Assembly (NCBI GenBank): GCA_014360015.1
Contig: JACIYJ010000004.1
Coordinates: forward strand, 257,520-321,519
DNA: 64,000 nucleotides
Direction of reading: 5' to 3'
Source of the DNA: Candidatus Aminicenantes bacterium
GTDB taxonomy: Bacteria; Acidobacteriota; Aminicenantia; Aminicenantales; Saccharicenantaceae
The position numbers and the translations under genes are program-made. Numbering within the stretch: the stretch's first letter is position 1; each line of letters starts with the position of its first letter. The notes beneath the pieces are model-generated. The model was not told the origin of the DNA and made no database searches. It saw only the letters and a list, made by a program, of their open reading frames with translations. Below, one piece after another: positions 45,811-56,987 of this stretch.

Positions 45811-46924
45811 CAGCTCCTCCAATTCTCCTAAGGTTATGAGCAGACAAAAAGTAGTTTTCTTCAAAATCAAGGGGAAGGCCATATCTTTTGCAGGCTTCAA
45901 ACACCACCCGGTTGATAAGCTGATCGTAGCTATAACCAGCAGCCCTGGCTGCTTTGGGTAGACAGGAATTATCTTCAGGATTAGGCAGAATTCCAGGAAG
46001 CGGATTTATTTCCAAGACATTAGGCTCACCGTTTTCATCCAGCCTGAGATCAATCCTGGCCCAATCTTTAATTCGTAAAATCCGGCAGGTTTCTTTAACC
46101 ACACTTTCAATTTTGTTCTGAAGCTCAGCCGATATCTCGGCTGGGCATCTGAAAATCTCCAGCGGTTTATCCGGTGTGTCCCAGACCCATTTAGCTTCAT
46201 AAGAATAAATCGGCTTAGCTCCGGGTGGCAGCTGGCTGTGGTCAATTTCTACAATCGGCAGAATTTCAAGTTCAGGATAATTACCCAGGACTCCAACCGT
46301 GAACTCCCGGCCAGTTAAAAATCTTTCGACAATGGCCGGCTGGTTATAGAGCTTTTTAATCTCAGCTATTTTGAATTTCAGTTCATCCAGGCTTTCGACA
46401 ACTGAATTGTTCTTAATTCCTTTGCTTGAACCTTCATAAAGCGGCTTGACGATGGCTGGAAAAGTTATATCAGCCGGAATTTCTTCATCATCTTCGACCA
46501 CCCAGAATTTGGGGTTCGGAATTCCATAATAAGAAAGAATCTCTTTGGCTCTGGATTTATCCAGACAGATTCCTAAGGTCAGAGGGTCAGAACCGGTATA
46601 AGGGATGTTCAGGACTTCGCAGATGGTGGGAATGTGAGATTCCCGGTTGGGACCGAAAAGCCTTTCAGCGATATTAAAAACTAAATCTGGCCTTTCTTCG
46701 AGAAGTCTCAGATAAGCTTGTTCGTCAGATTCAATTGGGATAACTTGATGGTACTTCTGGAGTGCTTGCTGAACGGCTTTGATCGTTTCATCACTATCGC
46801 ATTCAGCAAGCAAATCAGGTGGAGGTTCTTCGCCCTCCTCGATTTTTTCTTCGTGAGGAAAACGCATAAGGGATTTGGCCATTCCCTGTTTTGAGCTGAA
46901 AAGCAAAGCGATCTTCATTTTCAT
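45800..46924 (-). CDS. ATP-grasp ligase, D-Ala-D-Ala-ligase-like (copy 1)
   Basis: MKIALLFSS..., FPAIVKPLYEGSSKGI, ERFLTGREFTVGVLGN and LEINPLPG show Ddl-family architecture. It is a paralog of the downstream gene. Confidence 0.75.
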   Translation of the reverse strand: MKMKIALLFSSKQGMAKSLMRFPHEEKIEEGEEPPPDLLAECDSDETIKAVQQALQKYHQVIPIESDEQAYLRLLEERPDLVFNIAERLFGPNRESHIPTICEVLNIPYTGSDPLTLGICLDKSRAKEILSYYGIPNPKFWVVEDDEEIPADITFPAIVKPLYEGSSKGIKNNSVVESLDELKFKIAEIKKLYNQPAIVERFLTGREFTVGVLGNYPELEILPIVEIDHSQLPPGAKPIYSYEAKWVWDTPDKPLEIFRCPAEISAELQNKIESVVKETCRILRIKDWARIDLRLDENGEPNVLEINPLPGILPNPEDNSCLPKAARAAGYSYDQLINRVVFEACKRYGLPLDFEENYFLSAHNLRRIGGADGN

Positions 46925-47089
46925 TTCTCTCTGTCTTTAAAATTTTTTATAAACATTCCCCCATTGAATTTTTAAATCGCTGCTTTCAGTCTCATTTCTT
47001 TCATTCATTTTCAATTGTATATATACAGCTTTTTTTCAGGATGTCAATAGATTTTATGGATTTTTATACTTTTTTTTGTATTTTTTTTA

Positions 47090-47110
47090 AAAAAAACCAC
47101 TATTAGTGGT
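47090..47110 (-). terminator. Possible intrinsic terminator at the end of the V-ATPase operon
   Basis: On the minus strand, a short hairpin CCAC-TAATA-GTGG overlaps the atpD stop codon and is followed by TTTTTTTT (plus 47090-47097). The stem is weak. Confidence 0.3.
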
Positions 47111-47720
47111 GGCGAACTATCTCTTTGACCCGCATTAACTGGACCTGATAGGAGCGTTCGATTTCTTCCAGGCGGGAAGAAATTGCCTGGATAGTTTCTT
47201 TGAGACTGGGGATCAAAATGTATTCCAGAGCATTGACTCGTCTTCTGGTGACTTCAATTTCCTTAGCCAGAAGCTCGAGCTTTTTCCAGAGGCTGGCGAA
47301 TTCTAAAAGCTTTGGCAGAAGTTTTTGAAAATGTTTTACCGCCACATCCATCTCGCTTTCAGTCACAAATAAATCGTATGAAGCTAATTCTATGTTTTTT
47401 ACCCTGAATTCAGGAACGGTCAGATTTAACAGTCTTCCTTTCTGCACTTCGAGGAAAAGATTCCCCTCCGGAATTAATTCAGAAATCTCAGCTACGGGCT
47501 GAGAAATCCTGACTGTGGCTAAAGCCCGGGTGATGATTTCAAACTCTCTGTCCACCTCCTGATGAAGAGCACTGAGCTTTCGGGCTGATTCCAGAAATTG
47601 ACGCATCAGCTCTTCCAATTTGTCTTTGAGCAGCTTATGCCCTCTTTCCGCCAGCACCAGACGGCGTCTGAGTCTCAGTAACTCCATCCGGTTGGGATTA
47701 ACTTTTAACTTCATCTTCAA
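47103..47720 (-). CDS. atpD: A/V-type ATPase subunit D
   Basis: MKLKVNPNRMELLRLRRRLVLAERGHKLLKDKLEEL is the canonical V-type subunit D N-terminus. It is the last gene of the operon. Confidence 0.85.
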   Translation of the reverse strand: MKMKLKVNPNRMELLRLRRRLVLAERGHKLLKDKLEELMRQFLESARKLSALHQEVDREFEIITRALATVRISQPVAEISELIPEGNLFLEVQKGRLLNLTVPEFRVKNIELASYDLFVTESEMDVAVKHFQKLLPKLLEFASLWKKLELLAKEIEVTRRRVNALEYILIPSLKETIQAISSRLEEIERSYQVQLMRVKEIVRHH

Positions 47721-47742
47721 CCTCAGCTAATCCAGAAATCGT

Positions 47743-49107
47743 TCAATAATATTTTTCGAGATATTCAGGTCTTATTCTCTTAAGTTCTTTCTTCGGCAGG
47801 AGACGCAGGAGTTTCCAGCCGATTTCAAGGGTCTCTTCTATAGAACGAGCTTCAAACTCTCCCTGCCGGACAAATTCTGTTTCAAACAGATCAGCAAATT
47901 TTAGATATAACCGGTCAAGGTCTGTCAGGGCCGCTTCTCCCAGAATCAGAGCCAGTTCCCGGGCTTCTTTGCCGCGAGCATAGCAGGCAAAAAGCTGGTT
48001 TAAGACATCAGCATGGTCTTCCCGCGTTTTGCCAGCACCGATTCCTTTATCTTTTAAGCGCGAAAGAGACGGCAGAACATCTATCGGCGGATAGATGCCC
48101 TTTCGATGAAGTTCCCGGCTTAGGATAATCTGGCCTTCAGTGATGTAGCCAGTCAGGTCAGGAATGGGATGAGTCTTGTCATCTTCAGGCATGGTCAGAA
48201 TGGGAATCATGGTGATCGAGCCTTTTTTGCCTTTGATTCGGCCGGCACGTTCGTACATCGTAGCTAAGTCGGTGTAGAGATAGCCGGGATAACCACGTCG
48301 TCCGGGAATTTCTTTGCGAGCCGCAGAAATTTCTCGCAGAGCTTCGGCATAGAAGGTCATATCCACCAGAATAACCAGCACATGCATGTCAAGGTCGAAG
48401 GCCAAATATTCAGCACAGGTCAGAGCTAAACGCGGGGTGGCAATTCTTTCGATGGCCGGCTCGTTGGCCAGGTTCAGGAAGAGTACGGCTCTTTCTAAGG
48501 CCCCGGTGTTGCGGAAGTCTTCGATGAAAAAGTTGGCTTCTTCAAAGGTGATGCCCATGGCCCCGAAGACCACGGCAAATTTTTCTTCTTTGCCCAGAAC
48601 TTTGGCCTGACGGGCAATCTGAGCCGCGATTCGTGGATGAGGCAAACCGCTTCCGGAAAAGATCGGCAGTTTCTGACCGCGCACTAAGGGATTCATGCCG
48701 TCGATGGCTGAAATTCCGGTCTGGATAAACTCAGACGGATAATCGCGAGCATCAGGATTTATGGGGCTACCGTTAATGTCCAGCATTTTCCTGGCGATGA
48801 TCTGCGGACCATTGTCTCTTGGTTTACCCGAACCATCGAACACCCGGCCGATGATTTCTTCTGAAACCGGCAATTGCTGAGAACGCCCGAGAAATCGCAC
48901 TCGCGACTTATCAATGTCCAGACCGACCGTGCCTTCAAACACCTGGACTACAGCCTGCTCGGTGGAAACGTCAAGCACGGTTCCGCGACGGATATTACCG
49001 TGCGCGTCTTCGATTTCCACCAGCTCGTTGTATTTAACATCGGCAATCTTTTCCACAATTACCAGCGGTCCAACTATGTTGGAAACAGTTAAGTATTCTT
49101 TATGCAT
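47743..49107 (-). CDS. atpB: A/V-type ATPase subunit B (non-catalytic)
   Basis: The start is set at Met26 of the track ORF ([18 protein letters not shown]), 17 nt after the atpA stop, with a GAGGGTGAGGA RBS. A degenerate P-loop region and the nucleotide-binding fold are present. Confidence 0.9.
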   Translation of the reverse strand: MHKEYLTVSNIVGPLVIVEKIADVKYNELVEIEDAHGNIRRGTVLDVSTEQAVVQVFEGTVGLDIDKSRVRFLGRSQQLPVSEEIIGRVFDGSGKPRDNGPQIIARKMLDINGSPINPDARDYPSEFIQTGISAIDGMNPLVRGQKLPIFSGSGLPHPRIAAQIARQAKVLGKEEKFAVVFGAMGITFEEANFFIEDFRNTGALERAVLFLNLANEPAIERIATPRLALTCAEYLAFDLDMHVLVILVDMTFYAEALREISAARKEIPGRRGYPGYLYTDLATMYERAGRIKGKKGSITMIPILTMPEDDKTHPIPDLTGYITEGQIILSRELHRKGIYPPIDVLPSLSRLKDKGIGAGKTREDHADVLNQLFACYARGKEARELALILGEAALTDLDRLYLKFADLFETEFVRQGEFEARSIEETLEIGWKLLRLLPKKELKRIRPEYLEKYY

Positions 49108-49123
49108 TGTCCTCACCCTCAGT

Positions 49124-50869
49124 TTAAAGTGCCTTGAACGAAGCTTCGATTTCTTTTTCCACCTGAAGCAGCGCTTCTTCATCCTCGGGTAAATATTTCA
49201 TCTTGGAGATGCGGTCGCGAACTTCGAGCGAGACGATGGTGCTGAATTCTTTGCCTTCGTCCAGGGCCTGGTTGGCTTTATGATGAAAATAAAGGATATT
49301 ACGGAGCATTAAATATTGTTTTCGAAGTGAAGTGTAAGTGTCCTGTGGATGATAAGCATTCTGGTGGAGGAAATCTTCTCGAATCGACCTGGCTGTTTCC
49401 AGAATCAACCTTTCTTTGAAGGACAGAGATTCAACTCCAATGAGCCGGGCAATTTCCTGAAGTTCAGCTTCAAGCTCCAGTAACTTCATCGCTTCCTGGC
49501 TGAGGTCAACAAAATCTTCAGCCACTTTTTCCGACAGATATTTTTTGAGGGAATCGCGATAAAGTGAATAACTCTGGAGCCAATTGATGGCTGGAAAATG
49601 GCGCATGTTGGCTAAGCGGTCATCAAGAGCCCAGAAAACTTTGACCACCTTCAGCGTGGCCTGAACCACCGGGTCGGATAGGTCACCGCCGGGCGGACTG
49701 ACCGCACCGATGACGCTTAGAGCCCCGATGCGATTATCAGAACCGACACAGACGACTTTACCAGCTCTTTCATAAAACTCTGCCAGACGGCTGGCCAAGT
49801 AAGCCGGATAACCTTCATCACCCGGCATTTCTTCCATTCGGCCTGAAATTTCGCGCAGAGCTTCAGCCCAGCGGGATGAAGAGTCAGCCATCAAAGCCAC
49901 TGAATAGCCCATGTCGCGGAAATACTCGGCGATGGTCATTCCGGTGTAGATAGAAGCTTCGCGGGCAGCCACTGGCATGTTGGAAGTGTTGGCAATGATG
50001 ATGGTCCGCTCTAAAAGGGGCCGGCCGGTGGTCGGGTCTTTAAGTTCGGGGAAACTCAGCAGAAGGTCGGCCACTTCGTTGCCGCGCTCCCCGCAGGCCA
50101 CGTAGACAATAATCTGGGCATCAGACCATTTGGCTAACTGGTGCTGGACCACGGTCTTACCGCTGCCAAAAGGACCCGGTACACAGGCGGTCCCGCCCTT
50201 GGCTAAAGGAAAGAGCGTGTCCAGAATTCTCTGGCCGGTGACTAAGGGTTCAAGCGGCATCAGCCGCTCTTTGACCGGACGCTGTTTACGCACTGGCCAT
50301 ACTTGGAACAGGTTGAGTTCTCTTATTTCTCCCGAATCTTTTTTCACCCGACAGACCACCTCGGTCACTAAGAACTCGCCTTCCAGAATCTCAACGATTT
50401 CTCCTCCGCTGTTTTCGGGAACCAGAATGCGGTGTTGAATGAGCGGTGTTTCCTGGACATAGCCGATGATATCTCCGGGGATAACCCGCTCGCCCTTTTT
50501 CTTGAGCGGGGTGAATTTCCAGCGCCTCTCACGGCTCAGGGCTGGCACCTCAATGCCCCTGGAAACAAAATCGCCGTACTGGGCTCGGATGATATCAAGC
50601 GGCCGCTGAATTCCGTCATAGATCGAGCCCAGAAGCCCTGGCCCCAGCTCAACCGACAGCGGTTTTTCAGTTAAAACAACAGGCTCACCAGGGCCGACGC
50701 CGGTTGTATCTTCGTAAACCTGGATGTAAGCCTGGTCGTTTTTGAGCTCGATTATTTCACCGATCAGGCCTAAATGGCCAACCTTGACCATATCGTACAT
50801 TTTGGCCCCGAGACATTCTGAGGCTACCACTAAGGGGCCGGCAACTCGAATAATCTTACCTTGTCTCAT
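49124..50869 (-). CDS. atpA: A/V-type ATPase catalytic subunit A
   Basis: The start is set at [16 protein letters not shown] (a GAGGAAGGA RBS 6 nt upstream). Walker A reads GPFGSGKT, and the non-homologous insert typical of V/A-type A subunits is present. Confidence 0.9.
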   Translation of the reverse strand: MRQGKIIRVAGPLVVASECLGAKMYDMVKVGHLGLIGEIIELKNDQAYIQVYEDTTGVGPGEPVVLTEKPLSVELGPGLLGSIYDGIQRPLDIIRAQYGDFVSRGIEVPALSRERRWKFTPLKKKGERVIPGDIIGYVQETPLIQHRILVPENSGGEIVEILEGEFLVTEVVCRVKKDSGEIRELNLFQVWPVRKQRPVKERLMPLEPLVTGQRILDTLFPLAKGGTACVPGPFGSGKTVVQHQLAKWSDAQIIVYVACGERGNEVADLLLSFPELKDPTTGRPLLERTIIIANTSNMPVAAREASIYTGMTIAEYFRDMGYSVALMADSSSRWAEALREISGRMEEMPGDEGYPAYLASRLAEFYERAGKVVCVGSDNRIGALSVIGAVSPPGGDLSDPVVQATLKVVKVFWALDDRLANMRHFPAINWLQSYSLYRDSLKKYLSEKVAEDFVDLSQEAMKLLELEAELQEIARLIGVESLSFKERLILETARSIREDFLHQNAYHPQDTYTSLRKQYLMLRNILYFHHKANQALDEGKEFSTIVSLEVRDRISKMKYLPEDEEALLQVEKEIEASFKAL

Positions 50870-51206
50870 GGTCATTCCTTCCTCTGGTAAAAAGTGCATC
50901 TGAACCAGTGGCTTTAATCGAAAGTTCTCTCAGCAATTTTTCCACTGATTCTGAAATTTCTCGGTAATCAGAAAAACCAACACAGACCGGAGAAAACTTC
51001 CGGCTGAGTTCAGCGATTTCAGTTTTTAACGGCTCCAGCCAGTTTTCCTGAATCAGACAGAGGGTATATTTTTCATCAACCACTTGAGCCAGCATAGCTT
51101 TAGCTTCTCCCACCGAAGTCGGTGAAAAAATAGAAAGACCGAATACTCGAAGCGGAGAGCACAAATCTTTATCTCCAATGATAGCTATCCGGCTTGTCTC
51201 AGACAT
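50856..51206 (-). CDS. atpF: A/V-type ATPase subunit F
   Basis: A small (116 aa) alpha/beta protein occupies the F position between C and A; its N-terminus is IAIIGDKDL. Confidence 0.7.
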   Translation of the reverse strand: MSETSRIAIIGDKDLCSPLRVFGLSIFSPTSVGEAKAMLAQVVDEKYTLCLIQENWLEPLKTEIAELSRKFSPVCVGFSDYREISESVEKLLRELSIKATGSDALFTRGRNDHETR

Positions 51207-51987
51207 AGGTCTGACTTATCCTTTCTTTTAAGATCGAGGCCGGAACTTGAAGCAGTTTTCCGGCCAGGACCATCCGAACCAGCCTCAACTCCTGTTTTTT
51301 GGCCAGCCCATAGGCAAAAACTGGTTCGGGCCCAAACGTTATTCTTTTGGCTCTTTTTAAATAATTCATCAGCAGGCTTTCGATTTCCCTTTCTAATGCC
51401 ACAAAGCTTTCTTTTGAGGTCAAAAAATCCACCCCCTGCTTCCAGACATCGAGGTAAGGAGTGGAGCGAATAACCTGGCCGAATTCTTCCAGCTCGGAGT
51501 CATAGTTTTCGGTGAATAATTTTTTCTCTAAGTTTCCGCCTAAGATAAACTTTTGCTCAAACTGGCTGGCCGGCCACTCGAGATAACGGCAGCGCAGGAA
51601 AAGCTTTAGGTTAGAGAGGTCAATCCGCTGACGGAAATAATCTTGGATGAATAGATTGCTTACTCCTGTCAGGCTTGAAGCAATTTCTTTTATTTCTTCG
51701 GCTGCCTGATAATAATGGTAAAAATCTTTTTCCAGAAAAAGCTCCTGGAGGGTGAAGTCCAGGCCAATTTTTTCTTTCAGCAGAAATTTCTCCAGCTGGT
51801 CAGAGGTTCGGATTTCCAAAAGCTCTTCCCCGAATTTACCCGCATCTGAAATCAGCTCAACAGCTCTGTCCAGACTCGGAGCTTCAGCCGCTTCCCGAAA
51901 AACCGGGTAGGGAATTAAATAGTTTTCCAGCGCCCGGATTCGGCCTACGGCAAAAGCATAATCTAAAGGAGAAAACCTTCCAGCCAT
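51199..51987 (-). CDS. atpC: A/V-type ATPase subunit C (d-type central stalk/socket)
   Basis: A 262 aa helical protein lies between E and F in the conserved operon order. Confidence 0.65.
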   Translation of the reverse strand: MAGRFSPLDYAFAVGRIRALENYLIPYPVFREAAEAPSLDRAVELISDAGKFGEELLEIRTSDQLEKFLLKEKIGLDFTLQELFLEKDFYHYYQAAEEIKEIASSLTGVSNLFIQDYFRQRIDLSNLKLFLRCRYLEWPASQFEQKFILGGNLEKKLFTENYDSELEEFGQVIRSTPYLDVWKQGVDFLTSKESFVALEREIESLLMNYLKRAKRITFGPEPVFAYGLAKKQELRLVRMVLAGKLLQVPASILKERISQTYV

Positions 51988-51988
51988 T

Positions 51989-52423
51989 TTAGATTTTCAA
52001 CCACTCCAAAATGTCATTTTCAACTTCCTGACCAAGCTCAATCAAGATGCGGTCATAAGATAAAGTTTCTTCCTTGATTCCGTCGCGAGAGACAATTTCT
52101 TTTTTTAATCTGGCTTTTTTAAGCTCTTCTTTTTGAAGAGCGGCCTTCAGCACCTGGTCGATCAATTCGCGTCTGGTGCGAAGTAGCTCCATCCTCTTCT
52201 GCAGTTGAGCCTGAGTCAGGATCCGCTTAGCTTCCAGCTTAGCTTCATTTTCAGCCTGCTTCAGGATGGCTCCGGCCTGTTCTCGAGCCCTCTGCTCAGC
52301 TTCCTGCTTTATGGCTTCAGCTTTTTCCCTGGCTTCTTCTAAGATGGCTGCGACTTCCTGCTGTGCCTCCCGGTCAATCTTCTCCAGAATTTTTTCCAGA
52401 CTCATTTCAGCCTCAGCCCGCAA
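51989..52423 (-). CDS. atpE: A/V-type ATPase subunit E (peripheral stalk)
   Basis: An A/E/K-rich coiled-coil protein lies directly after the proteolipid gene. At 144 aa it is short for subunit E. Confidence 0.6.
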   Translation of the reverse strand: MRAEAEMSLEKILEKIDREAQQEVAAILEEAREKAEAIKQEAEQRAREQAGAILKQAENEAKLEAKRILTQAQLQKRMELLRTRRELIDQVLKAALQKEELKKARLKKEIVSRDGIKEETLSYDRILIELGQEVENDILEWLKI

Positions 52424-52900
<477 letters not shown>

Positions 52901-52935
52901 CTACCTCCTGATGGAGTCCAAAATCTTTATGTTTA

Positions 52936-54852
52936 TCATCTGATAAACTCAACGTATTTATTCTCTAATTTAAATGGTTTAAAGGGTTTGCCCCCAGCCT
53001 GATAAAACCTGGTGAAAAACTCGACAAACTGAAGCCTCATAGAGTGAACAAAAGCTCCAAGGAAACTGATGCCCAGGTTAAAAAGATGGCCACCGACAAA
53101 AATCAAAACGGCTAACAACCAGCCAACAAAAGGAATCTTCCAGGCAATCTGGACTAAGGAGTTGACCACCATGGCAATCACCCCCGTGGAAAGCCCGAGG
53201 GCCAGAATACGAGAGTAAGAAAGAGTGTCAGCTAAATAGCCCGATATACCATAGAGGGCATAAAGACCACTGAAAAATCTGGCTAAAGGATTGCGAGAAG
53301 ATGAGGTAAAAAAGACAATGCCAGCGGCACCAACAAGAGTCAGAATCCCGAAAACAGGCTGTTTTAAAACGAGATAAGCCAGAAGCGATGGCAGAAGCAG
53401 AAGCCATCCTCCTTTAACTGCAATCGCTCCGACCTTATTCCCTGCACGATATTCCTTGACCAGGCTGAGAAAAGTTGATAGCAGCACCTGAATAAAACCC
53501 AGCGCTAAAGACAGAATCATAAAGGGAATTGGATCTTTAAGTGGGTCGATGAGCAGCAAAGATTTTATCGGATAACCAAACCAGCCACCGACCAGAGTGC
53601 CAAGGATAACGTTGGATAACCCTAAATAAAAAAGCAGGCGCATAAAGAGCTTGGTATCACCATGGGGTTTAGCCAGTTTAAGATAAAGTAAGCTCAAAAG
53701 AGCCACCAGCAAACCATAACCGGCTTCACTGACGCATAGCCCGACAAACACGAAGAAAAACGGAGCTAAATAGATAGTTGGTTCTATTGTCCGTGGTTGG
53801 GGCAGACCATAAAGACTGGTGATGATTTCAAAAGGCTTGATGATTTCCGGATTCTCTAAAATGACCGGTGCCTGTTCCACTTCTTCTGGCAGCGGGTCTC
53901 TGAGATTTAGATAAATATGCTCGGAAAATTTATGGACTTTGCGGGAAAAGTTCTCAGCTTCAGCCGCCGGTATCCAGCCGGCTAAGCAGCTGGTTTTTTC
54001 TGTCAAACCGGCCAGACTGGCTCCAATAACCTTTTCTTTCTCGTTGAGCAGGACGTCATAGACAGCCATTAGGGCCGGCCGATGAACGGCAAAACCAGCC
54101 ATCTCTTTTTCCAGGCGTCTTATCAGCTCAAACTTTTCAGCTTTTTTCTGGCTGAGCTCGCTCAGGATGTCAAACACTTTTTCATCTTTTTTTGCCCGGC
54201 TGATGTATGGTGCCAGAGAAATAAAATTAGCCTTAATCTCAGAAAATATTTTTTCGACTTCTTCTCTGGCGCTAAAGTGGTAGATGAGAAGAATGAAGAT
54301 TCGGCTTTTCTCTTTAGAAATTACCGAAATCTGCGAAGGGAGTTCCAGGCTCTCGGTGATAATCTTCTCCAAATCCTGAGGCTGAACCTGAACGAGCTGC
54401 ACCTCACAGCGATCAAACCCGGTTAGCTCTTTTAAGGGAATATTCAACGCCAGGAGCGGTTTGAGGAATTCCTCTTCCTTTTCTATCTGTTTGATCTCCT
54501 GAAGAAGCTCATTCTTGCGGGCTTCAAGTTTTTCGTAATCTTCTACCACTTTCTGGTAGCCAAAATCGAGCAGTGCCTTCCTCAGGCTGGCTGAATATTT
54601 AGGCTTCTGGGCCAGGAGTTTATCCAAACCTTTTTTCTCATCTGTCTCAGGCAGATTCTGCAGGAGATGATTTATCCGGTTAAGCCAGCGCTCATATTCT
54701 GAGGGGTCAGTTTCCGATGGTTCAAGTTTTAAATCTTCATAAGGGAGAGAATCGAGCTGGGCCAGACCCAACTCCTGAAGATAGGACAGAAAGCTTTCCA
54801 GCTCTTCCTTTGGAAGCAGAATCTCGAAACGCTTTACCGGAGAGATGGCCAT
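52936..54852 (-). CDS. atpI: A/V-type ATPase subunit I (a)
   Basis: A roughly 300 aa cytoplasmic coiled-coil N-domain is followed by a 7-8 TM C-domain, 638 aa in all, in the I position. Confidence 0.8.
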   Translation of the reverse strand: MAISPVKRFEILLPKEELESFLSYLQELGLAQLDSLPYEDLKLEPSETDPSEYERWLNRINHLLQNLPETDEKKGLDKLLAQKPKYSASLRKALLDFGYQKVVEDYEKLEARKNELLQEIKQIEKEEEFLKPLLALNIPLKELTGFDRCEVQLVQVQPQDLEKIITESLELPSQISVISKEKSRIFILLIYHFSAREEVEKIFSEIKANFISLAPYISRAKKDEKVFDILSELSQKKAEKFELIRRLEKEMAGFAVHRPALMAVYDVLLNEKEKVIGASLAGLTEKTSCLAGWIPAAEAENFSRKVHKFSEHIYLNLRDPLPEEVEQAPVILENPEIIKPFEIITSLYGLPQPRTIEPTIYLAPFFFVFVGLCVSEAGYGLLVALLSLLYLKLAKPHGDTKLFMRLLFYLGLSNVILGTLVGGWFGYPIKSLLLIDPLKDPIPFMILSLALGFIQVLLSTFLSLVKEYRAGNKVGAIAVKGGWLLLLPSLLAYLVLKQPVFGILTLVGAAGIVFFTSSSRNPLARFFSGLYALYGISGYLADTLSYSRILALGLSTGVIAMVVNSLVQIAWKIPFVGWLLAVLIFVGGHLFNLGISFLGAFVHSMRLQFVEFFTRFYQAGGKPFKPFKLENKYVEFIR

Positions 54853-54854
54853 GG

Positions 54855-55232
54855 TCAGCTTTTCCTGTTCTCGATGATAGTCAAGAGTTTATCTGCGGCC
54901 TTCTCCACCGCTTGATTAAAGTTGGCTTCGGCTTTTTTTAGAATCAGCTGCTTTTCAGCTTCAGTTTGCTCACTTATGGTGTGGGCTTCAGCTTCAGCTT
55001 TTTCGATGATGTCTTTTTTGAGCTTTTCAGCCTGAAGTTTGGCTTCAGTCACGATTTTTTTCTTCAATTCTTCAGCTTCCTCTGCGGCTCTTCTGATGAT
55101 TTCAGGTGAAGTTTTCTGTCTGGCCTCTTCAATCATCAGCCGGGCTTTTTCTTCAGCCTGTTTGACTTTCTGGAGAGCCTGCCAGGCTTCGCCTTCAGTC
55201 TTTTCTGATTCTTTCAATTCTTTTTCTTCCAT
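54855..55232 (-). CDS. atpH: A/V-type ATPase subunit H/G (peripheral stalk, E/A/K-rich)
   Basis: A 125 aa all-helical E/K/A-rich protein lies immediately upstream of subunit I, 3 nt from it. Confidence 0.55.
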   Translation of the reverse strand: MEEKELKESEKTEGEAWQALQKVKQAEEKARLMIEEARQKTSPEIIRRAAEEAEELKKKIVTEAKLQAEKLKKDIIEKAEAEAHTISEQTEAEKQLILKKAEANFNQAVEKAADKLLTIIENRKS

Positions 55233-55337
55233 CTGATTTTTCCAGAGAAAATTTCAGAAGATATATTATATTCAAAATTTTCTCATAAGGAACATTTTTG
55301 AGCTTTAATTGTCAAATTAATTCCAGGTCAGTAGGCC

Positions 55338-56117
55338 TCAGGCCATCACCTCTTTATAAAGGTAGAAAGCTTGCTCCGGTAATTTTTTCTTCAGCCAGCG
55401 AGCTTCGAGGGGATAGAGTTTCGAGGTGTGTTCAACCGGTGGTATGTTAAAAATCAAAAAAGCACCGTGGTCGCTTAAAAGTTTCAAAAAGTAGTAAGAC
55501 TGGCTGCGGTCGATATGAACAACCAGATGGCCTTTCTTTTCTTTTATGTCCTTGAGCAGGTCGAGGACAAGCATTTCGTTCTCTTCCTCGAAAAATTTGT
55601 TGGATACATGTATCCAGCATCTTTTATGACCGATTTCAGCTAACTTTTCTTCCAGATTTCCATGATGGTAATAAACAAAGTTAGAACCGGAACGGGAAAC
55701 CTGTTCTGAAAGCCGGGCGAGAAGTTCAAGATTCCGGGGTTTTTCCCGGCTGGAAACAAAAACAGTGGTAAAAATCTCAGGTAAAACAAAAATCGGAGAA
55801 TCCTCGCTGATTTCAGTCTGAAGGAAATAATACGCGGGGCAATCACTGGCTCGCAAAACTTCAGCCAGCAAGGCTAATTCCTGAAAATCGCTCCTCACTG
55901 AGTCAGCAGTATAAAAAGAAAAAGGAACGGCGCTTAAGGTTTCAATTTCCAGATGATTTAGTTTCCCACTATCGATGAGATGAATTTTAAATTTTTTCTT
56001 ATCAGCCAGACGCAAAATTTCCTGAAGCTCCGGCAATTCATACTGGTCATCACGGATAATTAAAGACTTCCCCCGCGGCATCTTCTCCAGCCAGCTTTCA
56101 ATCCTCTCCATTTGCAT
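55338..56117 (-). CDS. Hypothetical protein (no recognisable motif)
   Basis: A 259 aa ORF on the operon strand lies 105 nt upstream of the first V-ATPase gene. Composition is normal and coding potential is good. Confidence 0.5.
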   Translation of the reverse strand: MQMERIESWLEKMPRGKSLIIRDDQYELPELQEILRLADKKKFKIHLIDSGKLNHLEIETLSAVPFSFYTADSVRSDFQELALLAEVLRASDCPAYYFLQTEISEDSPIFVLPEIFTTVFVSSREKPRNLELLARLSEQVSRSGSNFVYYHHGNLEEKLAEIGHKRCWIHVSNKFFEEENEMLVLDLLKDIKEKKGHLVVHIDRSQSYYFLKLLSDHGAFLIFNIPPVEHTSKLYPLEARWLKKKLPEQAFYLYKEVMA

Positions 56118-56267
56118 AGTCTTATAAAGTTAGCACCACCAGCTGAGCCTGTCAATCAAAACCAGCAACAAAAAGGTATAATAGTTGAGTCGGGCAGCAG
56201 GCTGAGGTATCATTCTGGAAGAAAGCGACACAAAATAATTATAAAACAGGAAACCGGAAAAAAAGCT

Positions 56268-56987
56268 ATGCCAGCAGTCAAAAAAGTCAAGAACAGGGCC
56301 TGCCTGGTACTTTTGTCAGGGGGCATAGATTCGACCACGGCCCTGCACTGGGCTCTCCAGAGATATCAGCTGGTACAGCCGATTGTGTTCGATTATGGTC
56401 AAAGACACAGGGTAGAAATCAGGATGGCTAAGAAGACCTGCCAGAGATTGGAACTTACTCCTAAGGTGATCAAGATTGACCTGCGCCAGGTGGGGGGCTC
56501 AGCTCTGACTGATGGCCGGATAAAAGTCCCGGCTTTTAAAAAAGTTGAAGAAATAAAAGAAGGCTTGCCTGTTACCTATGTGCCTTTCCGCAACGGGATT
56601 TTCATCTCGTTGGCAGCAGCCCTGGCTGAAACCTTAGGCATAACTGATCTCATCTGCGGCTTTAATGTGATAGATTCTCCCAACTATCCTGACACCACCG
56701 GCTCATTTGTCAGAGCCATGGAAAAAGCCATAAACGAAGGAACCGGGGCTAAATTCAGCCAGCAGAAATTCCGGATAATTGCCCCATTTCTCAAAATGAA
56801 AAAATCAGAGATAATTGCTTATGGCCTTTCCGTCGGGGCCGATTACTCCTATTCCATCACCTGCTATTCTGGAAGCGAAATCCCTTGCGGCCGCTGTTCG
56901 GCCTGTTTGCTCCGGGCTCAAGCCTGGAAAGAGGTCGGCCAGGAAGACCATCTATTATCTCGCCTTAAAAAGGAGAGGAAATTATGA
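56268..56987 (+). CDS. queC: 7-cyano-7-deazaguanine synthase QueC
   Basis: LLSGGIDSTTALHWA is the PP-loop, YGQRH follows, and the C-terminal zinc cysteines are CGRCSACLLR. The start is chosen at the ATG at 56268; the longer track ORF would overlap the divergent neighbour. Confidence 0.85.
   Translation: MPAVKKVKNRACLVLLSGGIDSTTALHWALQRYQLVQPIVFDYGQRHRVEIRMAKKTCQRLELTPKVIKIDLRQVGGSALTDGRIKVPAFKKVEEIKEGLPVTYVPFRNGIFISLAAALAETLGITDLICGFNVIDSPNYPDTTGSFVRAMEKAINEGTGAKFSQQKFRIIAPFLKMKKSEIIAYGLSVGADYSYSITCYSGSEIPCGRCSACLLRAQAWKEVGQEDHLLSRLKKERKL

Noticed and set aside
56118-56267. Search for a preQ1 riboswitch upstream of queC
   Set aside because: No compact stem-loop with the downstream A-rich tail and CCC...AAAAAACUA-like features was found. 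The region has only a loose -35/-10-like pair with over-long spacing.
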